From NCBI GenBank assembly GCA_965649765.1, contig OZ287749.1, forward strand, positions 65,844,001 through 65,908,000: a stretch of 64,000 nucleotides of DNA, written 5' to 3'. Position numbers and translations under genes: made by a program. This DNA comes from Bispira polyomma (Eukaryota). The notes beneath the pieces were generated by a model. The model was not told the origin of the DNA. It searched no databases and was given only the letters and a program-made list of their open reading frames with translations. This document shows positions 38,683 through 51,600 of this stretch, in pieces (position 1 is the stretch's first letter; every line of letters starts with the position of its first letter).

Positions 38683-38827
38683 TTATTCAGTGTTTAGGTT
38701 ATCCACATAATCAAAGCCATCGTTAAATCGTTGTTTTTGCTGTTCCTCCTCTTTGGCTTTCTTAGCAGCCTGCTCTTTAGCTTGTCTGAGTTTCTCCTTG
38801 TTTGCCTTATCTCCATCCACCAATTCC
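38683..38827 (-). CDS. LRRC74: LRRC74-like alternative terminal exon B
   Basis: tttctag|G GAA; ELVDGDKANKEKLRQAKEQAAKKAKEEEQQKQRFNDGFDYVDNLNTE*; AATAAA overlaps the stop (38682-38687). Confidence 0.8.
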
Positions 38828-38945
38828 CTAGAAATAAAACCAAAAGCTTTAAGGACTGACTTTGTAAAAAAAATGTATTATTTTACAAAGGGCAGTTTAT
38901 TGTTGGGAAGGAAGCCATGCACAGTAGTTGGTCAAGGTTTCTGAA

Positions 38946-39036
38946 CTGCAAACCACCGGTATATTGGCATACAAGTATACTTGTATGCCAATATACGGCA
39001 AACCACCGGTATATTGGCATACAAGTATACTGGCAT
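38946..39036. repeat. 51-bp tandem duplication
   Basis: gcaaaccaccggtatattggcatacaagtatact repeated at ~38948 and ~38998. Confidence 0.85.
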
Positions 39037-40339
39037 ATGTCCTACATTATGCAGTGCCTTAGACTCGAACCCATGACTGCAGATGTGGGAGGCGTGACTG
39101 TTACCTCTATGTCACAGAGCCCTCCAACAGTGTTAGTTTGCTCTACCAATATATCTGACGACCGTAATATAAATGCATCATTACATTGTAAATGGTGATG
39201 ATGCCTCAAAAATATTAGAAACCAGTTTTAGATTTACTTTTTTTCACCATAATATGATGGGTAAATATACATAGACATTTACGTTATTCAGCTTATTCTA
39301 TATAACTTGCATGTGAGTATTTTCAAATGTTATAAATGTGATCCAAAAAGCACATGCTCTTGGCTTGTAAAATAGCTATAGTATTACTAAAAATTCACTC
39401 TCGAGTGTATGCTAGCAAGGTATATTATGTGTTTGTGACTTTGACAACTATATCGTGATGGTTGCTTCATTGCAGTATACTTGTAAGCCAATATAACATA
39501 TAATCTATGCCGTACACCAATGGTAAAAATGGAAAGTACATTGCATACTTTACCACATGGAAAAAAATAGACAAAGAGGACAGTGGTTCAAATCCAACTG
39601 GGTAAAGAAACAAGTGACCAGAAAGCTAACATATATATCTCATTCTCTTTGTGACGGTATACTTCGATCATTACCTCTGTTTTTACTCTTTAGTTGGTTT
39701 GTTTGTTACCAGTATTATACAAAAAAAAAACAATTGCTCAAGTAAAAATTAAACTAAATTTTGGAGTGAATCCGGATAGAAGGGCAGATCTATATAAGAA
39801 GTTGTCTAAAATGTTGGCACCGTGATTTCTTGATAGAGGTATGATGCATCTACTGAAAATTCCCTTCTAGTTTATAAGGTAAATACACTGTTAACCATTA
39901 TATCAGAGAGGCCATGCCATTGTTAATTGCATTCACTTTGCCCTGTAATGCATGCGCCATGCTCAAACCATAGTTTAGTTTGAACCACATCACTTCTAAA
40001 CATTCATTATCAAACATAGAAAACAAAGTGAGACTTAAACACAAAAATACTCACACTTTTTATATGCAGGTGCAGCGCTCTCTCGTCAAATTGTAATTCA
40101 AACCTCCAAAATAACCCAAATGTCTTTCCAACTCCAGTACTTTTTATCAGCTGTTTCTGTCGTTTCTCTGATGTTTAGCTTCTTTTAATCATTGATGCAT
40201 ATTTGTTCAGTTCATTGTACTATGTAACTTTTTACATTTGAATCTAATATTAACTACCTACACACCTTTCTTTCTTCAAAGTCTGGCCATAATGCCTTTT
40301 TAACAATAATATATTATTCAAGGGCTTATGCATTTTAAT

Positions 40340-40540
40340 TTAGCTGAGTTTAATGTTGCTTTTAACAGCTTAGGATATATCACGATGGCCAGATTTAATG
40401 GTAGAAGAAACCACGACATACGGCAAAGTACCTGATAAACTTTCCCACGTGAAGGAACAAATAGATTTAGAACCCACAAGTGTGAGACCAGTGATTATTA
40501 GCAAGTTGCTCGAACCACTAGGCTACCGCTGCCCCTCAAA
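40340..40540 (-). mobile_element. tRNA-derived SINE-like fragment
   Basis: Minus strand gcggtagcctagtggtt (A box) ... gtgggttctaaatc (B box) ... aaatctggccatcg.atat..cctaagctgttaaaa; second copy at 45870-46046. Confidence 0.6.
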
Positions 40541-41589
40541 GGCATATGCAAATTTATGTCAATGTTTGGCCAATCAATAAAAAAGATTAAGTCATCAGCA
40601 TAGTATAAAACAGATACTTTGAAGTAGCATTTCAAGAAACTGGTTTATAAAATTTAAATAAAGTAGATTTTTTCTTTCATCCTATTGGATAATAATTGTT
40701 TGAACTAGGGCTTTATTATGGGTGGCACATTTCTGTGCAAAATGTGTGGGTAATATATATAACTTTTATAATATTTAATAATCCTGTGAAAAGAGAAACT
40801 TGCTTTTTCTTATTTGCTTTACTGGTTCTAATTAGGTTGTAAAGAATCTGATAAACTAAGAGGTAGGATTAAAACAGTTAAAATGTGAATATTTAGTTCA
40901 GTGCTGACTAACCCCCTGAAGCTTGTGTATTATTCTTTTGGAAAACACAATAAAACACAAAAACAAAAAACACAACAAGTGTATTTTAGATAAATAAATA
41001 CAACATTAAGTATGAGTGAAATGAATGAGATCTTGTGACAAAATCTAGTGACTTGCTGTGATTCGACACTGTAGAGATATTTCATTTATAATGCAGTGTC
41101 TGCATACAAGGACCACTGGTAAAATAGCTAACCTAAATTTAATGAACAGATAAGTACATATAAATCATAAATTAACTATTACTTGTGAATATCTAGAAAA
41201 ATAATATAAATAGCTTATAAACTATGAACTTGTACTAAACACTGAGGCACTACAGGTGTCCGGTTTGTTAAAATAAAATAATAAATTGTGTAAATAAATA
41301 AATTTTACAATGTGTGTACACTAAATATAGGTTAGCCTCCATATTAGTGTTCAATCTTTAATAATAAAGAAAACTGTTGGCGAGTTGTTGAATGAAGTTT
41401 TAATACATGTACATATCCCAACGTGATAGACGATTAAGATTTATATATAAAAGCACACATTCATGTTTTTCCTGTAAGTTAAGAAACTGTTTCAATTTGT
41501 GCTCTCAAGATGCCTTATTATAATTTCCAAAACCTTATAATGTCTAGAAATGCTATTGTGTTTTCATGTGAGCACTATTGGATTTTGCA

Positions 41590-42560
41590 AGCTGTCTTAA
41601 AATGATAAACAATGACCCTTGCAGAAATGCTTGCATTCATCTGCAATGCACCTGTTTATAAAAAAGCTAAGATCTGCTTCCATATTAGCAATATCAACTT
41701 TGATAAATATTCCAAAATGACAGACTTTTTAGTATAGTAGTGTGCTCTCAAATGAGCAAAGGTTAATATAAATACTTATTCTAACATGATATACAATAAA
41801 GATTAATTAATGCATAAATGCTGCCATTATGTTTTTCTTGTAATTGTATCAAGCTCTTCCAATATCTGCTCTGAAGCTTTTTGGATATGAATTCCAAACC
41901 ATTAGAAACCATCAAGAAAACTGTGCTTTTAATGGAGCGAAATTAAAATGAATTAACATTTAACATTAATACTTTCATTAATGGACAATGTCCCTGTTCA
42001 GTTTCCCTGTATTATATAATATAAAGGCTAAGATATCTTCACTTTGATTGGACTTTGAAGGTTTAATAAAGCAGTCAACTTTTATAGTTATCTTAAAATG
42101 AAAAAAAAACCCCCAAAACAATGACCCATGTACAATGCATTAGTTAATGTGTCTACCTACATCATTTAAAAAGGGTAAGATCTTATGACCTTAATTGAAC
42201 TCCTAGGTTTACTAAAATAATAAACTTTAATACTTATCTTAGAATGAAAAAAAAAACGCCACAATGACCCATCAATGCTTGCAACAATGCACAATGCATT
42301 CGTTTATGTGACTGTCTGTATGCTATCAGAAGGCTAAGATCTCTTGACTTTGATTGAACTGCTAGGTATACTAAAGTAGTAAACTTCGATAGTTATCTTA
42401 AAATTAAAAAAAAACCCAAAACAATGACCCTTGCACCAATTCTTGCTACATTGCTTGTATCAGTTCACGATGCATTCGTTTATGTGCCTGCCTGTCTGAT
42501 ATCAAAAGGCTAAGATCTCTTGACTTTGATTGGACTGCTAGGTTTACTAAAGTCATCATC
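41590..42560. repeat. Degenerate ~150-180-bp tandem repeat overlapping the end of terminal exon A
   Basis: aaaggctaagatctcttgactttgattg.actgctaggtttactaaa unit at ~42023, 42171, 42329, 42504, plus decayed copy at ~41595-41705. Confidence 0.85.
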
Positions 42561-42687
42561 ATCATCAAACAGGAAGCCTTCCTCTTCACGTTTTCTCCTA
42601 ACTTCTTCTTTTTCCTCTTTTTCCACATTGGCTTTTAACAGTTCTCTTAACTTTGCTCTGTTCATGTTGTCACCAGAGACAAGCTCC
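42510..42687 (-). CDS. LRRC74: LRRC74-like alternative terminal exon A
   Basis: tttag|G GAG; ELVSGDNMNRAKLRELLKANVEKEEKEEVRRKREEEGFLFDDDDDFSKPSSPIKVKRS*. Confidence 0.85.
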
Positions 42688-45600
42688 CTAAAGGGGTCAT
42701 AAAGTGCAAGTGTACAATGAAGTGCAGAAACAAAAGACAATGAAACAACAAATAAACACATAAAACCTACAGCATGCTGAACTTGATGCTATGTCAGTAA
42801 TTTTAAAAACCTCCAGAAATTTACTTAAAAGCTTTCTGAAAAAAAGAACAAATATGCTCAACTTTCAATTTCTCTCCAAACCTGTTATCTTTAATACCCC
42901 CAGCATAGTAATTATATAAAATTGTATCACTGTGTTTTGACATTTTCAACAAGAAAGTAAGCATACTAAGATTAAATTTGTCAATTTCTAATTTTTTCAG
43001 TTTCTAGTTTTTCTTTCGGAAAATAGAGTTTCTACGCCAATGAAATTTAAGATCACAAAAAAAAAAAAAAAATAAGTAGTGCAGGCTGAAATCTCTAGTG
43101 TTTTACTTGTGACATTTACATCTGTGCATAAACACATCGGTGTTTCTGTTAAATATATCTGAGCAACAAATATCAAAATAGTTTTGACTAGCGGCTTGTT
43201 GACAAATGGTATATATTTATAACCAATACAACATGAGTAATCATTAGTGTTATGTTTTGTTCAGGGTTATGAAAATGGTAGATAAAAAGAAAGCAAAACT
43301 AATTTTAAAAGGTTTTTAAGAATTTCATGTAAGTTTGATACTAAATGTCAATTAACGGATATTCATATATTTCCAAACATTTGTCATCGGTAATAAACCA
43401 ACAGTGAAGGAAAATGATACTTTGTTGCACAAGGTATAAAAACTTTTCATCATACATATATATATTTAGTGTGCAGCTTTTGTTAAATACAAATTGAACT
43501 GTTAAGAGATATTATTCAAACATTCACTGTGTATATAACAGTAACTCATAATGTAAGTGAAAATGCTGAGACGAGGGCTACTGGGATTACGTGTGACTGA
43601 AATATATATGTCAGATTTGACGTACTGTTTCCAGTGAAATTGATATCATAATTCACTGGACAGAGTGCAGCCATGTTGGATTTTATCGTATGGATACATT
43701 GACTAGATCAAATTATTAACACTCAATTTGAGGGATAAGAGTAAACGCTAATGGTATGATAGTATGTATAATTCTGTGATATTGACTGTGACCGAATATT
43801 TTGTCTTTTTATTTTGAAAAATACTTTCAATATGGCCATGCCCTGTCCAGTAAAATTGCAGAATTTAGCTGTTTGGAAGATGCACCGCTGCTGACAAGAT
43901 ACAGAATCTTCATATTAAGATGACTTTGTGTAAAAAGGCTACCATGTCCTAGTACCTCTGCATGATCACTTACAGATATATGTTTTTTTTTTGTTCTAAT
44001 ATGTATGCAGATAACAAACAATAAACAGCAAGAGTTCTGGTAACATCAACGTCACATACCCATAGTCGATTTCACCGTCACCATCCTGGTCCAACGTAAG
44101 AATTAGTTTGTCTATTTCAGCTTCTGACATTTCTATACCAGTTGACTGAAACATAGTTCATAAAGGAAGTACATGTTAACCAGTTGTAGAGTGTAAGTCA
44201 TACAGTGGGGTATGATTCTGGAAATGAGAAACAGGGATTTAAATTCAGTCATTGGATTTAGTTTAAAACAGGGTAGTTGATCAAGGATTTTAGCTCTGCA
44301 AACCACTCTGGCCTGTGACAATTCTACTTACTGCCAGAGCCGAGATTTAAACTATTAATACTGCAGATGTAGGAGGCCAGTGCGGTAAGGAGCAGGGAGA
44401 TATTTTACTTGAAAGTTCCATAATTTTAACAGTAACCTTTAGACGTTTAAAAGAGGGTAGCCAATTCTCAACAGAAGACTCCTTACTTTGACTCCTGCAA
44501 TAAATTCATCTCTGTCCACACTCCAGCTGTTGTCTTTGTCAAACTGCCTAAACAGATCTACCAACCGCAACTTATTTTTTTCTGCATATCTGAAATGTAC
44601 AAACATTCAAAAGCGGATGTAAACAGTGTAGTAGTCTTTCTGAATCGGGGTACTTTTATGATACTGATATATATAAACCATAGACTTTGCACTTTGGGTT
44701 GAGTACCAGACAATTTTTTCATTCGGAGATGGTCTTCTATGAAAGCAAGGAAAACCTATTTAAGCATTTACTGATGTATTTGTTAATGATGCACTTGTTT
44801 ATACTGAAATATAAACATATTTTCAGTAAACAGAAGTAATATTTCAGTGAAATTAAAACAATAAGATTAAAGGATAGCAATATTATACGTTTGTTGATGT
44901 ACTTTTCCAGCTACAGCTAATGGTGTCCGATCAGGTGCTGTACATTTTTATCATGAAAACGTGGACTTTTAAGGCCTCTTTAATGACCCAATTTAAGAAT
45001 AGCAATACGATCAGGGTCGGTATTGATAAACATTCCTAGTCTTAAATTTTTGTCTTTACTAATGAGATTGGGTGAAAATATTCTTTCAAAAAAAATCTGA
45101 TTGGCTGAGACTGAGATAATCTTTTGAAATTTTATTAAAATAATGTTTGTTGAGATATCTCCTACATCTACCATATAACTACAGCAGTACAGAGGACCAT
45201 GTACCAACCTCTTCAGTTTGGTCATGGGATCATTCTCAAATTCATCCAGTGGGTCTACATCTGAGTAGTGGATCTTGTTGGCATAATAAACACCACCATG
45301 GATGACCTTCAACTTGTAGAACTCTCTCTGATCATTGACCTTTGCATGTAAAGTCTCAAACTCATCCATTACAATGACATTCTGGAGCAGAGGACAGAGT
45401 AACATACAAATTGTAAAGTGAAAAACCCCATACTGGATTATGAGTGTACAAAACACTGACATATTCCCTGGATTTGGAGTTTTAACAAATATTGTATTAT
45501 TTATTTTTTTAACCATATACAGTTAATAACACATTGAAGCATGGCTACTTACAGTTAAGTCCAATAAATTCAGGGTGGAGTTGTCATTCTTTCCTATAGC

Positions 45601-48600
45601 AGAGAGCAATGCAAATGCACCATTGGCAGTAATAGGATTTCTTCCAAGCTGTCAAAGATAAAAAAAGGATTTGTTAAAAATATTTCAAAGCAATATTATT
45701 ATTAGTGATACTAATAAACAAATGTTAACACTAAAAATAACTCAACAATAAGCCTAATGAATGCTGGACAGGTGGTTTTATTACACTAAAATATCTGGCT
45801 GTTAAATGATGACTTACATGATGAAATTGGCATAAAAACTCAAATACACTTTACAATAGATTTGACTTTAAATTTAATTTTAACAGCTTAGGTCATATTG
45901 CGATGGCCAGATTTAAGGGTGGAAGAACACCACCAGCCTATGGCAAGTACGTGACAAGATGAAGGAATAAACAGGATATAAAACCCACATTAGTGAGAGC
46001 CCAGGGATTGTGAAGCTAACGCTTCTGACCACTAGACCACTGTGGCTGTTCTCCACACTAGATTTGAGAGATACAGTCACATAAAAACTCTACATACCCT
46101 GATTGTTTCCAACACATCATTGACCAGCAGTCCTTTAGCCACCTGCACTGCTCCCTCTTGGCTGATCCTGTTTGCCATAATGTTGAGCTCTACCAGACAT
46201 TGATTATGTTTCAGTGCGGCCCCCACAGCGGCTGCCCCCTCATCACCCAGCCCATTCATCATCAGGTTCAGGTATTTCAGTCCATAGTTTTCCTTAATCA
46301 TCTCCGCAATATATACAGCCCCCTTTAACCGGATTTTATTCCAACTGAGATCTAATATTCTGAGGTTTTCATTTTCGGATAAGGCATCGCGTATCCATTT
46401 GGCAGCCATGAATTCAAAATTGTTGTGCTTGAGTACTAGTTGTTTTAGGGTGGAATTGTTCTGAAATTTAAGGAAGCATTAGACAGCATGAGTGAATGCA
46501 ATGTAGAAGCAAGCAAGTAATAGAAGCATTGTGTAGATAGAACTATGACATAGTTTAAATGCCATATATATCTAATGATGAAATTATTTTATTTTAGGAT
46601 TTATTTTTCAGTATTATTGTAAGACATTCTATGACATTTCATTAGAACCCAAATAGTCCAGTTTAAAAAGTTTTGTTAATAGCAAACTGTTTCCTTAAAT
46701 TTCACAACAATACATTATAATACATTTGCATTACAGACACACACAATATACAACAGCCCAATTTTACATCTACAGTATTAAAAAAACCAAAAACAACCAT
46801 ATTCTGTTGAAGTGTTAAAGTCACCTACTATTAACATAGTGTGGAAGTGTTCTCCATCTGAGTCTCTGAAGTGATTCCCTGATAAGTCGAGTTCTTTGAT
46901 AGTTGTGTGTTCTTTTAGAGCTGAACAAATAATCTGAGCACCTTCTGAACCTAAGTCATTTTCCGACAAATTCTAAAATACACGATATTCAGTTTGTGCC
47001 ATATTAGAGATTACATAATAAGGTTAAAATGGTATCTAATATTGTTCTATTCCTTATAGTGATTGTATTGCATGTATTGTAGTAGAAAATTAAGTTAATA
47101 AAAACTAACTTCTAGCATAATACAGTAATTTTAGAGATGATTAGCTCTACTCTAACAAAAATATTATAAAAATAACAACTATATCTCAAGTTCAATTGAT
47201 TTAAGAATATTATTAATGATACTGAAGCTTGAGCCTTAGTAATATAATTTAACACCATAGTTTGGGTAAAATACTGCGAAAGCGCAGTACTGCTGTTGCT
47301 GGTTTTGAAGAACTTACCACATCCGTTATGTACAAGTTTTCTTTCATAGTTTTACACAAAAACATCAGACCTTCTCCGCCAATATCATTTCCCTCTAAGT
47401 CCAAACTCTCAATCTTTGTGTTATTCTGTAAAAGACAAAGGGAAGCTAGGTCTTCTGTAATATATATTGTATAATATGGGAATTCGGTGTTGTCATAATT
47501 TAGGTAGAAACATTGAGATAGATGTTTGCATAATGTACAGCAAAGTACGAACACAATCTCTTCAATACAAACAACCAGCTGGGTATTTATGGTTATAAGA
47601 TAAAAAGGCAGAGAAATGTAAACACAGTGTGTCAAGTACAAATAATTCAAGATGTCCAAAATGTAGTTATTTTGTGAGAGTATTGTTTAGAAGAACTCCG
47701 TGAGACTAAATATAATATACTGTGTGATATTCAACAAATATAATCTCAGTCATATGTGGCCTCTGTGGCCTAGCGGTTAGAGTGTTGGACATTGGATTTG
47801 AGGGATCTGAGCTGCTGGCCTAGAGATTCTATTCTTGGCCAAGGTTCTTGACACAAATTTGTCACTCTCTATCCAAGCACGGCTAGCATACTTCCAGATA
47901 GGGGGCTGAAACTAAACAATTGGTTTACAAGTGGAAGATTCCAAAGTGTAAACTGTTAAGTCGGCTGAGACCTCGATAGAGGTGATATCAGACTACGTTA
48001 TTATATAGTATATGTATGTAAATCATTAAGGTAAAGCACTGACAAACACTGTCAAAAAGAGTACACTGGTCTATTTAAAACCAATCTTATTCTTAATGTA
48101 TTATGGAAGAAACATGATTTTAATTTACTTTGATCACTTGTCCACAAATCCAGTAATCTAATGTTTATGAAAATGACATACTTAATGTACTTGGCGTATT
48201 TTCATAAGAGAGTGAGGCTTAAATACAACTGCAACTATTAGATAAATGATCTAACATAGATGACACTGTCGATTGTTTATACAAGTTACAAGTGTGTGGA
48301 TATCTGACGACAAAAACACCTTGACCAGTACTAACGTTTTAACTGAATTAGTACAAAATATGATTCACTCATTCATTGCAGAATCAATTGATCAGATTCA
48401 ACCAACCAGTTTAAAAGATTAGAAGGAAAATCTCCTCAGATCAAAGATCGAGACATTTCTGACATAGTTTACATATAGCTGATAATGGGGGTCGATTGGC
48501 TATTGTATATTATTATCAAATACAATCATCTGATACAATTCAGTGTTATTTAATAGTTACTTTTGTGGTAATATCAATATTGACTCTGTTTTGTTGCCAA

Positions 48601-51600
48601 GTGAAAAAAAAAATATATGAACAGAGTAAATACAACTCTAACAACATGCTAAAAGATTACTCAAAGAGGAGGGATACAAAATTATATATAAAGTAAAAAT
48701 GTTTTACTTTGAAGCCTGGACAGTTAAATGTAAAACAAAATATTCTTCTGATATATAATACATATTTTGGCCTGAAACGACTGCTGTTTCAAAGCTGAAT
48801 TGGAAAAATAAAAAGTGTAGAATATTTAGTTTTAATACAAATTTTTGACATAGTAAAAAGGCCACAAGTCTAAAACAAGACATTTTTGGATCAAACTGAT
48901 CAAATACATTCAGTTACACTCTGGCAGATTTTTAGATATGTTACTCCCACATATTCAACATTGTAGTTTGGGAATACTTTTCTATTCATACAAAATCAAT
49001 TTTGGCATATATATCCACCATTGTACATACAGGAATTAGACATTAATACCTTCTGCATATTGTTATCTACCTACCTCTAATGGTTTGGCTATAGCCTTGG
49101 CCCCGAGTGGACCGAGGCCGTGGTGCTTCATCACAAATGCCCTGTCCTCTATGTGTCTTTTGAAGAAGCTGACGGGGATCACCCCCATCTTGTTACATTC
49201 CCGGATGTAGTCCTTAATGCCAGACCCGTCATACTCTTCAGTTGGGTTGAGCCACTCTGTGTGTTGTACATATAGAAAGTCAGAAGTTGGACCATGGTGA
49301 TGTGTACATTAGCCCCTTCTTTGCGAAAATGGCCTACATAGACAATATACTATTATACCAAAGATTTGTTAGTGCGGATCCTTAACCCTATTCTCCAAAA
49401 TAGTAGCTTTGTATGTCACCCACATTCCCAATAATAGAAACCATGGGACTCGCCCTTATTCCCCAAAATAGTAACCTTATGGTTGGGTTTTTGTGTGGAT
49501 GGCACACTCTATTCCCAAAAATAGGAACCATATACGACAAGATTTTGTTTTTGTTTAGAGCTTTCTCTACTGCTGTTATGGAATGGTCTCCATGTTGAGC
49601 TAAGATCGCTTGAGACATTATCTGGCTTTAGAAAACCAGTTTAAACCCATCTTTTTAAACTCGCCTACCCCCATAGTTTCCCTCCCTGTACACCCCTACA
49701 TCCTTCCTTATGACATTAGCTATGTTTTTGGACTTTTACATTGGTTCACTCATTCTGTTGCTGTGCTTTAGGAGATGCCTAGCATCAATAAGGCGTGTGT
49801 TAAAATTTAAAATCCAATACGATTTTAGGTCTGTATCATTACCTCCTTATTATCAAAAAATAGGAATCTCATCCATTAGACCCAAACTGGCAACCACATA
49901 GAATTTTGTTTCAAGTGTGGATAAGCATCCCATATTTTCAATCACATTAGATTTGGTATTGAGTGTAGTTTCTAACCTATTATTCCTTAACATGGGAGCC
50001 ACATTGGATTGGGTTTTGAGCGTAGTTCCTAACGCCTTATTCCTAAACATAGGAACCACATTTGAATGGGTACTAGGTGTAGATCCTCACCCCATATTCA
50101 TAAACATGAATGTCGGCTTTAAGGAAATCACTGATTATGTGTTTGTGGTGGATAAGATGTCTTGTAAGGATTATATAAAGTGATGCACACCTTGGATCAC
50201 CCCTCTAGATACAACATCATTGATAAATGGGTGCCAAACGACAGCACTAGTGCTAATTATTACTGGAAAACTCAACAAATGCTTGATATGAACAGTAGTT
50301 ATAAACTATTATGAAAATAACTTTCACTTATACATGCTGTGTGCAAATATAAGTATATTTGCATTTTAGACACTAGTGCTAATTATTTCAGTAAAACCCA
50401 ACAAATGCTTAATATGAACAGTAGTTATGAACTATTGTGGAAATAACTTTTACTTATACATGCTATGTGCAAATATAAGTATATTTACTTTTATAGACAA
50501 TATAATATTATTTTAATAAACTAGGATCATTAAACACAAAAAAATTAGGTCAAAATAATATAAATTAATTATGCAAGATAGTAAAAGTGATTCATGTTAT
50601 AGTCTGCTTCGATTTACAGAAAGAATCACAAAAATGTGAATTTCTGTATAAAACATCTACCATGTTTGTTATGGGTTGGTAATCTGACTAATGTCCTTTT
50701 ATTCTATGGAATATGATGTACATTAAATACACATTATCAGTGAATGTAGCTTTAAATACCATGATCATCAATCTCCAGATCTGTGTCGTATCCATTCACA
50801 TCCTCGTCATCCAGAGCAGACGTTAACTGACCGGATGAAACGGATCGCTCCTCTCCAGGCAGGACAAAAGGAACCATATGTTCATCCAGCTCCAGGTCAC
50901 TGTCATACCCATCTTGAGGCTTGACATGTAAACAAGTAACTATTTGTCCAGTGGATTGTTTAAGCATGGTGGAGATGGGAAATATTAATAGCTAGTTAAG
51001 ATATACTTCACCTATATATTATATACATCCAGAACCATATCTTTCATTTTTTTCTTAATATTTTTACAAGCACAAGGTTACTGTTAATTATGAATTAGAA
51101 TAATTAAAACATACTCTTTTTTATTGATCTTTATATCTCATTAACTATCTTGCTAAACAGTCAACTCGTATGGCTTTTAGTCTGTAAACTTTATTGCATT
51201 TTATAACTACAGAGTTGTCCTTCCAATCACATGGACTTTAATACTGCAACAATTATCCCTATTATGTCAAATATTTTATATCTTTAACAAATGCCACAAC
51301 TTATTCCCCAATAAATTTGTTAATATTTATGCATAGAGTGAACATCTATAGATCAGTATGTATGTGCTCTTTATTTGTACATATGTTTATCATGTAACTA
51401 CTAACATCAATGGTCACATAAAGATATCGTAGAAAGCAGGGAGAACAAGATACAGCCAAAGAGAAGAAAGCATAAATTACAAATGATTTAGTACATTAGT
51501 AATCATGATGACGAGCCGCCAGACTTGCTTTATGAACTAACAATGGATACACTCCATTCACCTTTTTAATAGTCTGAAGATATTGGCATTATTTTGTCTA

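Noticed and set aside
26055-38827. Exons B and C as remnants of whole-gene tandem duplicates
   Set aside because: No LRR or EF-hand exons were found upstream of either B or C
40080-40300. A fourth terminal exon between A and B
   Set aside because: Purine-rich on the minus strand but no AG|G-GAR acceptor, no ELxxGD motif, and stops in the frames read
47755-47840. tRNA genes at A/B-box-like sequences (also 12970, 40500, 53200)
   Set aside because: No cloverleaf can be formed; they continue into SINE-like bodies
49853-50183. ORFs with a 21-aa periodicity
   Set aside because: By-product of an intronic 63-bp tandem repeat; no splice sites linking them to the gene
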